Positions 39,707-49,680 are shown, counted from the stretch's first letter. The stretch is 64,000 nucleotides of DNA from Gammaproteobacteria bacterium (GCA_965222615.1 CBDCUI010000007.1:256001-320000); one strand, 5' to 3'. Numbers and translations: made by a program. Notes: generated by a model from the sequence alone, not told the origin.

Positions 39707-41290
39707 TTAACCAATTAACCCATGCATTCTAGTATCAATAGCTTTGACTAGTTCATTTATCTTCACTTCTTCTTCGGTATTAATAATCATCGTATATTCT
39801 TGCTCTTCTTCAATCAATGGTTTGTGTGTGTTGAGTTGATAATTTAACACCTCTAAATCCGCTTCGGATGGCTCTTGTCTATGTTTCGCTCTTACCAATA
39901 GACGTTGTCTTAATACTTCTTCTGTTGCTTGAAATTCTAAAATAATAAATGGCACTTTTAGATCTGATGCAAGTATATAAAACTCATGGCGTTGTGCTTG
40001 ATTTAGAAAACAAGCATCTACAATGACTGTATAGCCTACACTTAAAATTAATCTTGAAAGTTCTTCAAGTCTCTTATATGTCTTCTTAGAAGATTGCGAA
40101 GAATAAATCCCTGCATTTACTTTCGATTGTGTATCTTGAGTTTGCTCAAAACCATATAGCCTTTTACGTTCCACATCAGATCGTATACGTATTGCAGCTA
40201 ACGATTCTAATAGTGGTTGGGTGTAGGTAGATTTTCCAGAGCCAGATAAGCCATGGGTAATGATAAGCGCTATTTTTTGATTCGATATATATCTTGAAGC
40301 TAAGTCGATATAAGATCTAAACTCTTTTTGTATATTTTTTTTATCAGTCTGTGAAAGGTGTTTCTGTGCGATACGCAATAAAGCTACTTTAGCTCTTACC
40401 ATTGCACGATAGACTAAATAATATTTATATATATTCAGTCCAGCATAATCACCAGTATATTGTAAATATAAATTTATGAATCGATTAGAAAATTCAGAAT
40501 GCCCGCGATCACTTAAGTCCATTGTCACAAAAGCAACTTCGCTTATTACATCGATCCAACGTAAGTGCTTGTTAAAGTCTATACCATCAAAAATAGTAAC
40601 CTTATCTTCAATCAACACCATGTTGCCTAGGTGCATATCGCCATGACATTCTCGTATAAAACCACTTGCTCTTCTTTGTTGTAATTTTGTATATCTATTA
40701 TGAAATTCTTTTTCTGCCCACGTATTAATATCTTTTAAGACTTCGAAATCACCATGATTTACCAGATTTGCTTCAATCTGCGTAAAATTATCGGTTACCC
40801 AATGATAAATGTCTTCAGGAGTGCCTAGCTCTTCATTCACAGGCACGTTTTCTATACGCATATGAAAATCAGCAATTTCTCTGGCTATGTAATCGATAAT
40901 TTGTTGAGTCAATTGGTTGTGTGCTGACAAATAACTCAATAAAGAGTGCTGTGGAAATTGGCGCATCTTGACGGCATATTCAATTACATCGCCTGATTGT
41001 TGAAAACTTGGATTTAAGTCACTGCCTGTAATAGAAACTACACCTATGTACAATTTTGGCGCCAATCTAGTATTCAAACGAATTTCTTCGTGACAATAAA
41101 ATTTTCTTTTTTCAAGTGTCGAAAAATCGATAAAACTAAACTTAATCGGCTTCTTTATTTTGTAGACATAGGTACCAGTGAGCAAAACCCATGATATATG
41201 AGTTTCTATTACCGTAATGCCTTTCACTTTATGCTTATAAATTGAAGAATCACAAAGCGAGGCAATTAGTTGATCACTTTTACTTTTCAT
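39707..41290 (-). CDS. APH-like kinase + AAA_33 P-loop fusion (Rv2004c-like)
   Basis: ETHISWV, RECHGDMHLGN, GLSGSGKST, RSDVERK. Confidence 0.88.
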   Translation of the reverse strand: MKSKSDQLIASLCDSSIYKHKVKGITVIETHISWVLLTGTYVYKIKKPIKFSFIDFSTLEKRKFYCHEEIRLNTRLAPKLYIGVVSITGSDLNPSFQQSGDVIEYAVKMRQFPQHSLLSYLSAHNQLTQQIIDYIAREIADFHMRIENVPVNEELGTPEDIYHWVTDNFTQIEANLVNHGDFEVLKDINTWAEKEFHNRYTKLQQRRASGFIRECHGDMHLGNMVLIEDKVTIFDGIDFNKHLRWIDVISEVAFVTMDLSDRGHSEFSNRFINLYLQYTGDYAGLNIYKYYLVYRAMVRAKVALLRIAQKHLSQTDKKNIQKEFRSYIDLASRYISNQKIALIITHGLSGSGKSTYTQPLLESLAAIRIRSDVERKRLYGFEQTQDTQSKVNAGIYSSQSSKKTYKRLEELSRLILSVGYTVIVDACFLNQAQRHEFYILASDLKVPFIILEFQATEEVLRQRLLVRAKHRQEPSEADLEVLNYQLNTHKPLIEEEQEYTMIINTEEEVKINELVKAIDTRMHGLIG

Positions 41291-41539
41291 AAGAACTCAA
41301 AAAAATGAAAATCAGCGCGTATTATTATTATTGATTTATCCGCACTTATTTAACGCTTGTTCTATAAAGCACAATTTCTTTGAAGCGGCCAATTCAAGCA
41401 ATGATAAATGTTTAAGATGACTCAAGAAAATACACGTACCAGGTCAGCAATGTGCTTAATTAAAGATTAAAAATCAAAATTTTAGATGGCTGACGACATG
41501 CAGATTAAATCTAACTATTATTATATTGTCTTTAGATAA

Positions 41540-42082
41540 TTAGTTAATGATTCGTTTTAGAAGACCTTGATAGGATTTTTTTACATTCTCCCCAAACAAA
41601 GGGTCCGCTACATGTGCTAGTTCGGTGTCTATTTTTTTCCAATCTTTTTCATCTAGCTTTGAATTTAGTATCGGATAAACACTAGCTTCCTCTTGATTCA
41701 TGTGTTCTTTTTGAATAGAAATATATTCTTTCAAGTAAGCACATAGTTCATCACGGTCTTGTGGAACATCAGCAAGTGCACCTTGCAACATTTCTAATAA
41801 CTTATTTGTGAGTTTCGGCATTTCTTCATGTTCATGGAGAAGCTCGATGATTTCCTCACGTACATCATCATAATTTGCAATAAAATATTCGAATATGACA
41901 TTCTCTAATGGATGATGAATATAATCCGGATATTCTTTCATATATTTTATTGCATCAAGTATTGAGATAAGATCTGAGTGTTCGCATTCTTCTAGCAAAT
42001 GATGTTGTTTCTCTAAAAAAGTTAAAAGCTTTGCAAAGTTTTTATGATCACCATGCAATTTTTCAAGTGTATTTATCATCAT
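41540..42082 (-). CDS. Hemerythrin-domain protein
   Basis: DH, HHPLE, EH, HMNQEE--VYP. Confidence 0.85.
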   Translation of the reverse strand: MMINTLEKLHGDHKNFAKLLTFLEKQHHLLEECEHSDLISILDAIKYMKEYPDYIHHPLENVIFEYFIANYDDVREEIIELLHEHEEMPKLTNKLLEMLQGALADVPQDRDELCAYLKEYISIQKEHMNQEEASVYPILNSKLDEKDWKKIDTELAHVADPLFGENVKKSYQGLLKRIIN

Positions 42083-42217
42083 ATTAATATCTCAGTTCTT
42101 GAACCATCATTGTCATTTCAGAGTCTACCTCCACCAAAGAAATCTTACTGAAAATTTCTTTATGCAAACCATAAAAATTTAATTATATTAGTTTAGAACG
42201 GATCACGCTTGATTATA

Positions 42218-42231
42218 TTGATACCTATCAA
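42218..42231. promoter_or_regulatory. FNR box
   Basis: Perfect TTGAT-ACCT-ATCAA upstream of hemerythrin; weaker TTGAC-ATAA-AACAA at 42299-42312. Confidence 0.85.
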
Positions 42232-42406
42232 TCGGCAGTGTAAATCAAAGACATAACTATTATCCATAATATAAAAATAGTAACTATTGTTGTAAAAATT
42301 GACATAAAACAACACGATTTAGTCTTAAAGGTGTACACAAAGCCCCTTCATATCAGCAGAAACTTTAATCAATTACTCGTATAGGCAAGCCTAATCAATC
42401 TAAAGC

Positions 42407-42420
42407 CTGATATACATCAG
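42407..42420. promoter_or_regulatory. FNR-like box, C variant
   Basis: CTGAT-ATAC-ATCAG upstream of the globin. Confidence 0.6.
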
Positions 42421-42483
42421 GTTTATACGAAGCTTTTGTCTTAGACTGTTAAATACGCTTGCTAACAAGTTAGGTATTGCTAC

Positions 42484-42918
42484 ATGTTAAGTAGCGACTC
42501 ACAAAAACTAGAATTACTTAAGCAAACATATCCAAAAGTTAAAGCCCATAGCCATGAAATTGGAGAAAAAACATATGCATATATGTTTGCGGAAAACTCG
42601 GAGATTAGAAAACTTTTTAAAAATACAACCCCAGAACAATCACAAAGATTGGTCGACACAATAATGTTGTACTGTGGAGAAGTAGATAATTTTAATTTAA
42701 TATACGCAAAACTAGATAAGATCGCTCACATACATATTCAATACGGTATCAAAAATGAATATTACCCATTTATGAAAAAAGCATTTATACAAGCGTTACG
42801 TGATACCTTAAAAGCAGATGCAACTGAAGAATTAGTACATGTATGGGCTTATTGGTTTGATCGCTTGAGTATCGAACTCATTCACATCGAAGACTTAATA
42901 AGAGAATATCAAAACTAG
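42484..42918 (+). CDS. Single-domain globin (Vgb/flavohemoglobin globin-like)
   Basis: B10 Tyr in TYAYMF, CD1 Phe, proximal His in IAHIH, G-I---YY. Confidence 0.8.
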   Translation: MLSSDSQKLELLKQTYPKVKAHSHEIGEKTYAYMFAENSEIRKLFKNTTPEQSQRLVDTIMLYCGEVDNFNLIYAKLDKIAHIHIQYGIKNEYYPFMKKAFIQALRDTLKADATEELVHVWAYWFDRLSIELIHIEDLIREYQN

Positions 42919-42942
42919 CAACATATCGCTTATTAGAAAATA

Positions 42943-43209
42943 TTAAACGCCTATATTCGAGAGCTTGACCATGATGTCGTTTAATATGCTTGTTATTCTT
43001 GGATGCTCAACCTCAAACTTCTCGATATGCCCTTGAATACTCTCCATTAATGAATTTTTATGTTGCTTATCTTCCAATCCTTGGATTTGTTGCTCGATAC
43101 TAGATATCAAATGACTAAGCTCTTGGTGTACATCGCTGTTCACCTCTAAGTTTTCCAATTCACTACGTAGCTTATTAAGCTTGTGGTGCAAATCCTCCTG
43201 ACTCATCAT
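42943..43209 (-). CDS. DUF4404 family protein
   Basis: FEVEHPRIT...LSNIGV C-terminus. Confidence 0.8.
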   Translation of the reverse strand: MMSQEDLHHKLNKLRSELENLEVNSDVHQELSHLISSIEQQIQGLEDKQHKNSLMESIQGHIEKFEVEHPRITSILNDIMVKLSNIGV

Positions 43210-43253
43210 TCTTTCTTCATATAGTTAATTCGTTAAAAATTAAATCTAGATTA

Positions 43254-44231
43254 TTACTCCATTACCATAGTTACCGTCGGACGTTTCTCAAGTGTCCATT
43301 GATGCATAGAACCATCATAGAGTTGTGTGTTTTTATACCCTAGCACTTCACTGAAAAAGAACCATCCACCAGAAGCCATATTGCCAGTGTTGCAATAGGC
43401 AATCTGATTACCATCCGACTTGATTTCCAATGCTGTTGCCAATTGTTGAGCCTGTTGCTTTGAAACTAGTTTAGTGGGTACACCACTTGTAAAGATCAAC
43501 TCAGTTGGAAAGTTTCTTGCTCCAGGAATATGCCCCAAGGCGCTCACCGAAGAGCTTTTATAGGTACCCAAATATTGGCCAATTGGTCTAATGTCAACTA
43601 ATTGTGCTGACTTAGTCTGCGATTCAGTTGCGACTTCTTCACTCGTTGCTAATAACTCATCACGCTGTGCCGAAGCAACCCAATTACCAGGACTAGGTTT
43701 GACTGGTTTAACACTAACTTCTCGATTTTCGATTAACCATTGCGCCAAACCACCATTTAGAATAGCAAGGTTATCGTGACCATAGTACTTTAGTTGCCAG
43801 TACAAACGAGTAGCCAACAAGATATCGCCACCACCACTTCCCTTGCTAACAATTATAATGGTACTGTCTTCATTGACCCCGGCCTTTTGTATTAGTTTTT
43901 CAAACACATCCTTTTCAGGCAGCATATTCTTAACAACGTTTTTACCAACTTTGCGATCAGCACGCACTTCTTTAAAGTTCACTAAACTGGCATTTGCAAT
44001 ATGTCCACCAACCCTAACTAAATGTTGTTTGCCAGTTTTCTTATCTTTAAAGAACTTAGGCTCAAAGGTAAAGCTTTGCAGGTCTCCACGCACATCAAGT
44101 ATGACTACTTGTGATATATTTTCTGCTAACCAATTTGTCTCAACTAAAGGGCCTGGTACCTGTACGGCTTGAGCTGAGCTACTAATTAATACCAGGACCA
44201 GTATAGTCAATATATAATGAATAATTCTCAC
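43254..44231 (-). CDS. Periplasmic tandem-domain rhodanese/sulfurtransferase
   Basis: GTG 44231 with AAGGAG RBS, signal peptide ending SAQA, GHIPGA, active site YCNTG, LYDGSM. Confidence 0.88.
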   Translation of the reverse strand: MRIIHYILTILVLVLISSSAQAVQVPGPLVETNWLAENISQVVILDVRGDLQSFTFEPKFFKDKKTGKQHLVRVGGHIANASLVNFKEVRADRKVGKNVVKNMLPEKDVFEKLIQKAGVNEDSTIIIVSKGSGGGDILLATRLYWQLKYYGHDNLAILNGGLAQWLIENREVSVKPVKPSPGNWVASAQRDELLATSEEVATESQTKSAQLVDIRPIGQYLGTYKSSSVSALGHIPGARNFPTELIFTSGVPTKLVSKQQAQQLATALEIKSDGNQIAYCNTGNMASGGWFFFSEVLGYKNTQLYDGSMHQWTLEKRPTVTMVME

Positions 44232-44331
44232 CCGTATCTCCTTAAAATTATCATACTTATTTATCAATTTTGTTTGAAAAGCTAAATACACATTTTGACT
44301 CATATCATTTTAGATGGTTTTATTTAATACA

Positions 44332-44940
44332 TTAGGTCAATACATTTTCCAAATTATTCAACAGCTCAATTGATTGACTCGATAGCTCATAAATATTTTT
44401 GTTCTTGAATACATTTTTGTCAGCAGCTGATTTTTGTAACTGATTTAATTGAGCATCTCTTTCACGCAATAACTTATCTATCGTGCTACGATAAAACCAT
44501 AGCATAGCCAACAACCAACGTTCAGCTAATGTTACATCATCCACAGATGGCAACTTAACTAACAACGAAACCAACTCGCTTGCACTTGCCCAAGTTTGTC
44601 CGGTAACCCAGTGATTGACCGTAAACCAACACAATGGCTGGCCCATTGAATCCATGGCAAGTGCCGTGATGTGAGACCATTTTTCCAAGTTCTGGCTTGC
44701 ATTATTTAACCTTACAAATAAATGAAAATGACCATGTTCGTTATGTGCTGTGTTTGGTGCAGTATGGCAGTGATAATAGGCACGCCAATTTTCACTTGCA
44801 AAGCGCAAGTAACCATCAGGATATTTTTGATTCTCAATAATTTGCGGATCTGGCCCTAGAAGATCCAAGACTGGATTGGTTTGCATCTCTCCCATTTCCT
44901 GGATTACCCGCAAGAGTCGTAGCGCAGCATCCTTAGACAT
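44332..44940 (-). CDS. DUF6969-like His-rich protein
   Basis: YP, YYHCH, EHGHFHLF, HITALAMD--GQP---FTVNHWVTG. Confidence 0.7.
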   Translation of the reverse strand: MSKDAALRLLRVIQEMGEMQTNPVLDLLGPDPQIIENQKYPDGYLRFASENWRAYYHCHTAPNTAHNEHGHFHLFVRLNNASQNLEKWSHITALAMDSMGQPLCWFTVNHWVTGQTWASASELVSLLVKLPSVDDVTLAERWLLAMLWFYRSTIDKLLRERDAQLNQLQKSAADKNVFKNKNIYELSSQSIELLNNLENVLT

Positions 44941-44981
44941 TGCCGACCATTATGTCATCCTTGGGTTTATTACAATGCAGG

Positions 44982-45173
44982 TCAATCCAGTCCACAGGGG
45001 TTGCTTAGACCAAAACCACAAGGTGCCATATCCTCGTCAAAATACTCTCGCTGTTCTTCTTCAATCTGTGGTTGAGCTTCAGGCAATTGATGGCGGGTAT
45101 GGTCAAGTGCCACTGCAATAGTGGCAAGCCCAATTGCACCACCCATAATCCAGCGGTTTTGGCGATGTTTCAT
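44982..45173 (-). CDS. 63-aa membrane-anchored protein with two PCG motifs
   Basis: ATGA overlap with yeeE; N-terminal TM, acidic linker, APCG...NPCG. Confidence 0.65.
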   Translation of the reverse strand: MKHRQNRWIMGGAIGLATIAVALDHTRHQLPEAQPQIEEEQREYFDEDMAPCGFGLSNPCGLD

Positions 45174-46369
45174 ATCCTAATCGTTAGCGGTTTATCCAGT
45201 TGCAATAATGTACGCAAGTACACACCTATTATATTACCGCTGAAACCTGCTACCAACCACAACCACCCATGCAAACTACCCGAAGAGACTCCAGCAAGTA
45301 AGGCACCGATATTGCAGCCAAATGCTAAACGTGCACCATACCCTAGCAACAAACCACCAACTACTGCCGAGACAAAACCACTCCATTGCATATTACTCGT
45401 GGGTGCAAATTTACCTGCCAGTGCAGCAGCTAGAACGGCCCCTAAAATAATTCCAAAATCCATAAGCGAGGTAACATCAGCTAACACACTTTGCTCAAGC
45501 GCTTGCGCAGGGTAACCGCTACTCCAATAAGACCATGCGGAAACATCACCTCCCAGTGCTGTCCAAATTTTGGCACCCCATAACCCAAAAGCAAATGTAA
45601 TGGACCAAGTGTGACCTGCAACTAATAAAGTTAGCAAACTTAAAACTGCAAGACTCAACGCACCCCACCACATTGGCCACGGCCCAAACATAAGTTGTTT
45701 GGCAACATTACCTGTCTCACTCGCAGTTAGCCTTTTTATTTCATGATTTCGACACTGTTCCATTCTACTAACCATCACATAGATCACAACTAACACCGCG
45801 AGCTGTAAAAACAAAGCTGGCGGCCATCCAAACAATTGAACAATTGAAATTTCACCAAGGTCAGGTAAGTTCAACCACCAAGGCAAATGTATAGAACCTA
45901 CGAACGCGCCAACAATAAAAAAACCTAAAGTGATCAACATGCGTACGTGACCTCCACCCACAGTAAACAAAGTCCCGGACCCACAACCACCGCCAAGCTG
46001 CATACCAACACCAAACAAGAAGGCGCCAATCAATACAGAAACGCCTACCGGCGCAAGTGCCCCCTGTACAGTAAAATTTGAAAATAAACCTCCCAATACA
46101 GGGAAAAATAACAACGTGCAGAGCATAAACAATAGAAGTTGTGCACGGATACCTGCACTAAGTCGCTCTTGAATAAAATTACGCCAGGCACCGGTGAACC
46201 CAAACGAGGCATGATACAAGCTAATTCCAAGCGCAGCACCAATAAGGAATAGAATGGCTTGTTTACTGGAAAATGCATGCTGTAAAAATAATGTAATAGC
46301 TAATACTGCCAATATCGAGAGAATAGCTACCGTTATGTCCGGCTTTTTTGTTGCTGACTCAGCCTGCAT
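45170..46369 (-). CDS. YeeE/YedE sulfur-compound transporter
   Basis: FGFTGAWR, GMQLGGGCGSGTL, RLAFGCNIGA. Confidence 0.9.
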   Translation of the reverse strand: MQAESATKKPDITVAILSILAVLAITLFLQHAFSSKQAILFLIGAALGISLYHASFGFTGAWRNFIQERLSAGIRAQLLLFMLCTLLFFPVLGGLFSNFTVQGALAPVGVSVLIGAFLFGVGMQLGGGCGSGTLFTVGGGHVRMLITLGFFIVGAFVGSIHLPWWLNLPDLGEISIVQLFGWPPALFLQLAVLVVIYVMVSRMEQCRNHEIKRLTASETGNVAKQLMFGPWPMWWGALSLAVLSLLTLLVAGHTWSITFAFGLWGAKIWTALGGDVSAWSYWSSGYPAQALEQSVLADVTSLMDFGIILGAVLAAALAGKFAPTSNMQWSGFVSAVVGGLLLGYGARLAFGCNIGALLAGVSSGSLHGWLWLVAGFSGNIIGVYLRTLLQLDKPLTIRI

Positions 46370-46418
46370 AGCAAAATGAACTTTAATCTTACACTTTTTA
46401 TATAGAGAAGAAACAGCA

Positions 46419-46438
46419 GGTCTGATCGAAATCAGACC
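46419..46438. promoter_or_regulatory. Extended FNR-like palindrome upstream of yeeE
   Basis: GGTCTGAT-CGAA-ATCAGACC (8-bp perfect arms). Confidence 0.65.
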
Positions 46439-47113
46439 ATATCTTTAAGTACTTTCAACTTCTATAATATTATCTCAAAACAATTCGCTCATCCTCAAAA
46501 CGGATTTTATGGTCTTTTCATAAACGATGATTTAGCGTCCTGCTTGAAAAATTGTAGTAAGGTTAAAAATCAACTATTAGCATTGTTCTGCTAACACCTA
46601 CACAAACACCTGTATATAGGATGTTTATTTCAGCCTGTACACTCACATGTACAGCCTGAAAGGCTTATCAATGCGCACAAATCTGAACTTGATATAACCC
46701 CTCTATTATCGTTTATCAACCACTAAGCCATCATTTTTTAAAGAATCTCCTAATAAAGCCGAGACATTATTACAGGACTCGTCTTTTTTTAACAACGGCA
46801 AATAATTTAAGTGGGACTAGCTATGCATTAAGCCCAGGACATTTATATGGACCATTTCTTTGAGATTTATATTTCAAATTCGTGAAAGTGGCATTTCTGC
46901 TTATCAAAAACGATAGACATGAATAATAGCTACACACCTCAAATACTAAAACGGCTGTGTATTATTAAGAAGATCGGATATAACTTTCTAGACAACAGGT
47001 TTCACATATTAAACAAACAAGACAGTAACTATGAACAATCTACCCTAGTAAAATAAATTAAAAAGTTTGCATACAAGATTGGACTGTATTGAGGCATTGT
47101 AAAATTTAGTAAT

Positions 47114-49345
47114 ATGAATGTAAAAACTAAAAACATAACTGTGCTTGTTGTTGATGATGATTACTCTATGCGCCTTTTAGCACGAAAAACACTTGAGGCT
47201 TCTGGGTTTATTGTAGAAGAACAATCTAATGGAGAAGACGGTCTAAAAGCATTTCAATCAGCGTGTCCAGATATAGTTTTACTTGATGTAGTCATGCCAA
47301 AAAAAGATGGCTTTGAAACCTGTTATGAAATTAGAAATTTACCAATGGGTAAACAGATCCCTATTTTAATGATGACTAGCCTTAACGACATAAAATCAAT
47401 TGAACGTGCCTATCAAATGGGCGCAACTGATTTCATAACTAAACCAATTAACTATACGTTACTAGGGCATCGAGTATTCTACATGCTGCGATCAAAACAG
47501 CTATTCGATGATCTTCAGTTGAGTGAGAAAAAATTATCTCATGCACTACAATTAGCAAAATTAGGCCAGTGGGAATTAGACATTAACAGCGGTTTTATAG
47601 ACTTTTCGAAAACTGCTGCAAGGTTATTTAATATTATAAAAACAAGTCTTCCTGAAAATACTGAAGAACTATTAGCACTTATCCATCCTGATGACAGAAA
47701 CACATTCAAGCTTAATTTGGATCGAGCAATTGAGAGCCGAAAGGGTTTAGGATTTGAACACAGAGGTAATACGCACAATGGATCTGAAAAAACTTACTAT
47801 CAACAATTAGAATGTATTCGGGACGAACAAGAAAATAAACTTAAATTAGTTGCTACAGTGCAAGATATAACTGCTCGCAAACAAACAGAAAGAAAAATAT
47901 TTAAACTTTCACATTATGATGAACTAACCGGATTACCTAATCGTACTTTCTTTAATGAATACGTGAATAACATATTGGAACAAGCAAAACGCCATGGTAA
48001 ATACTTTTCCATACTCACTGTCGATCTAGATAATTTTAAACGAATCAATGACACATACGGACTTTCCACAGGTGACGAATTATTGAAATTAGTTGCAGGG
48101 AGACTGTTAAAGTCAATTCGACAGGGAGATTGTGTAACGCGTGAGCTGAGAATTCAGCATATAACTCAAGAACCAGTATCTCTTGCAAGATCGGATGGGG
48201 ACACCTTTTATCTAGTACTAACTGAAATTCAAAAGTTAGAAAATGTTGCATCTGTGTCTGAAAGATTACAAAAATTATTTTTGGAGCCCTTTAATATAGG
48301 GGGCGATAACTTATATATGAGTGCAAGTATAGGAATATCCGTATACCCAAATGATGGAGAAAATGCTGAAACATTAATAAAAAATGCTAACTCAGCATTA
48401 CATTTCGCTAAAGAAAATGGAAAAAATTGTTATTGTTACTATACTAAAAATTTACAAGAACGCGCATCGGAGCGCCTATCGCTTGAAAATCACTTACACA
48501 CAGCTGTAGAAGAAAATCATTTTAATCTATATTACCAACCCAAAATTCACATATTAAAGAAAGAAATTGTTGGGTTTGAAGCATTACTTCGATGGGATGA
48601 TCCTAAATTAGGGCAAGTTCCACCAATGAAATTCATACCTATTGCTGAAGATAACGGTTTAATTATACCAATAAGCGAATGGATCCTTACTGAGGTTTGT
48701 TCCCAAGCACTTTCTTGGCAAACTGCTCAAGTAGAAAACTTCCACATAGCGGTTAATATTTCTGCACATCATTTTAAATCAGGTTCTCTGATCGAATCCG
48801 TCAAACGCGCTCTAGCTGAAACTAATTTAAACCCTACATATTTGCAGCTTGAAGTAACTGAAGGAACTTTAATGGAAGATGTGGCATCTAGTACAAGCAT
48901 TTTAAACAAATTAAAAAGGATGGGTGTGAGTATTGCTCTAGATGATTTTGGCACGGGATATTCGTCACTCAATTACCTCAAGCGTTTTCCAATTGATGTT
49001 TTAAAAATTGATAAATCATTTATTTCTGAACTTGAAGAAGACCCCAACAATAAAGCCATTATAGGTGCAATCATTGATTTAGCAGAGAATCTCCAACTCA
49101 ATGTAATTGCAGAAGGTGTTGAAACACAACAGCAACTAAGCTTTCTTTTGTCGCATCACTGTTATGAAATACAAGGTTATTATTTTAGTAAACCTCTATG
49201 CGCAAAGGATATTGAAAAATTTATCTCAGAAAAAAACTACAAAGAAAAGTGTGAGTCAATTGAACCGATTTTTGATAAGAATTTATCTAGTCTACTTGAA
49301 ACATCATCAAGTAAAAAAAGAATTGTCAACGATAAATATAATTAA
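47114..49345 (+). CDS. REC-PAS-GGDEF-EAL protein, probable c-di-GMP phosphodiesterase
   Basis: VVDDD receiver; YDELTGLPNR; GGDEF motif reads DGDTF; FEALLRW, DDFGTGYSS, AEGVE intact. Confidence 0.9.
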   Translation: MNVKTKNITVLVVDDDYSMRLLARKTLEASGFIVEEQSNGEDGLKAFQSACPDIVLLDVVMPKKDGFETCYEIRNLPMGKQIPILMMTSLNDIKSIERAYQMGATDFITKPINYTLLGHRVFYMLRSKQLFDDLQLSEKKLSHALQLAKLGQWELDINSGFIDFSKTAARLFNIIKTSLPENTEELLALIHPDDRNTFKLNLDRAIESRKGLGFEHRGNTHNGSEKTYYQQLECIRDEQENKLKLVATVQDITARKQTERKIFKLSHYDELTGLPNRTFFNEYVNNILEQAKRHGKYFSILTVDLDNFKRINDTYGLSTGDELLKLVAGRLLKSIRQGDCVTRELRIQHITQEPVSLARSDGDTFYLVLTEIQKLENVASVSERLQKLFLEPFNIGGDNLYMSASIGISVYPNDGENAETLIKNANSALHFAKENGKNCYCYYTKNLQERASERLSLENHLHTAVEENHFNLYYQPKIHILKKEIVGFEALLRWDDPKLGQVPPMKFIPIAEDNGLIIPISEWILTEVCSQALSWQTAQVENFHIAVNISAHHFKSGSLIESVKRALAETNLNPTYLQLEVTEGTLMEDVASSTSILNKLKRMGVSIALDDFGTGYSSLNYLKRFPIDVLKIDKSFISELEEDPNNKAIIGAIIDLAENLQLNVIAEGVETQQQLSFLLSHHCYEIQGYYFSKPLCAKDIEKFISEKNYKEKCESIEPIFDKNLSSLLETSSSKKRIVNDKYN

Positions 49346-49569
49346 CCTGCTCTGTTTATTATTGGTTAAATAAAAACTTTAACCTAGCAAAACCGTTTCC
49401 AATCCAGGCTTTCTCTGAATACCCAACTCATCTCATTGTAGGGCAGGTGGCATGTTTCTCATCTAAACCACTGGGAGACATCCAGCATTTATCGCAGAGA
49501 GCCAAATTATGGGGGTCCTAATAGCGATAATTAATTATGAGTTAGTGACTTATTATTGAGACGCGTTTA

Positions 49570-49659
49570 TGTACAGATAAAATACATATATTTGACATCC
49601 ATAAACTAAAATATACATAATATGTACAGATTATATTGAATATAAACAAATTTTATACA
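49570..49659 (+). promoter_or_regulatory. Sigma70 promoter overlapped by CarH/LitR-type TnnACA direct repeats
   Basis: ACA at 49573, 49584, 49595, (ACT 49605), 49615, 49626, 49646, 49657. TTGACA at 49592 is one of the repeats; CATAAT at 49616. Confidence 0.7.
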
Positions 49660-49680
49660 GTACAAAATAGGAAGCGCTAT

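Noticed and set aside
44970-44984. TGA of the PCG microprotein as selenocysteine
   Set aside because: Read-through adds only three residues before TAA, and no SECIS-like hairpin is evident
46919-47056. 45-codon ORF upstream of the GGDEF-EAL gene
   Set aside because: No RBS or recognisable features; expected by chance
49440-49510. CCACTGGGAGAC upstream of litR as a cobalamin riboswitch
   Set aside because: Other conserved B12-element blocks are missing, it lies upstream of the promoter, and the protein lacks B12 motifs
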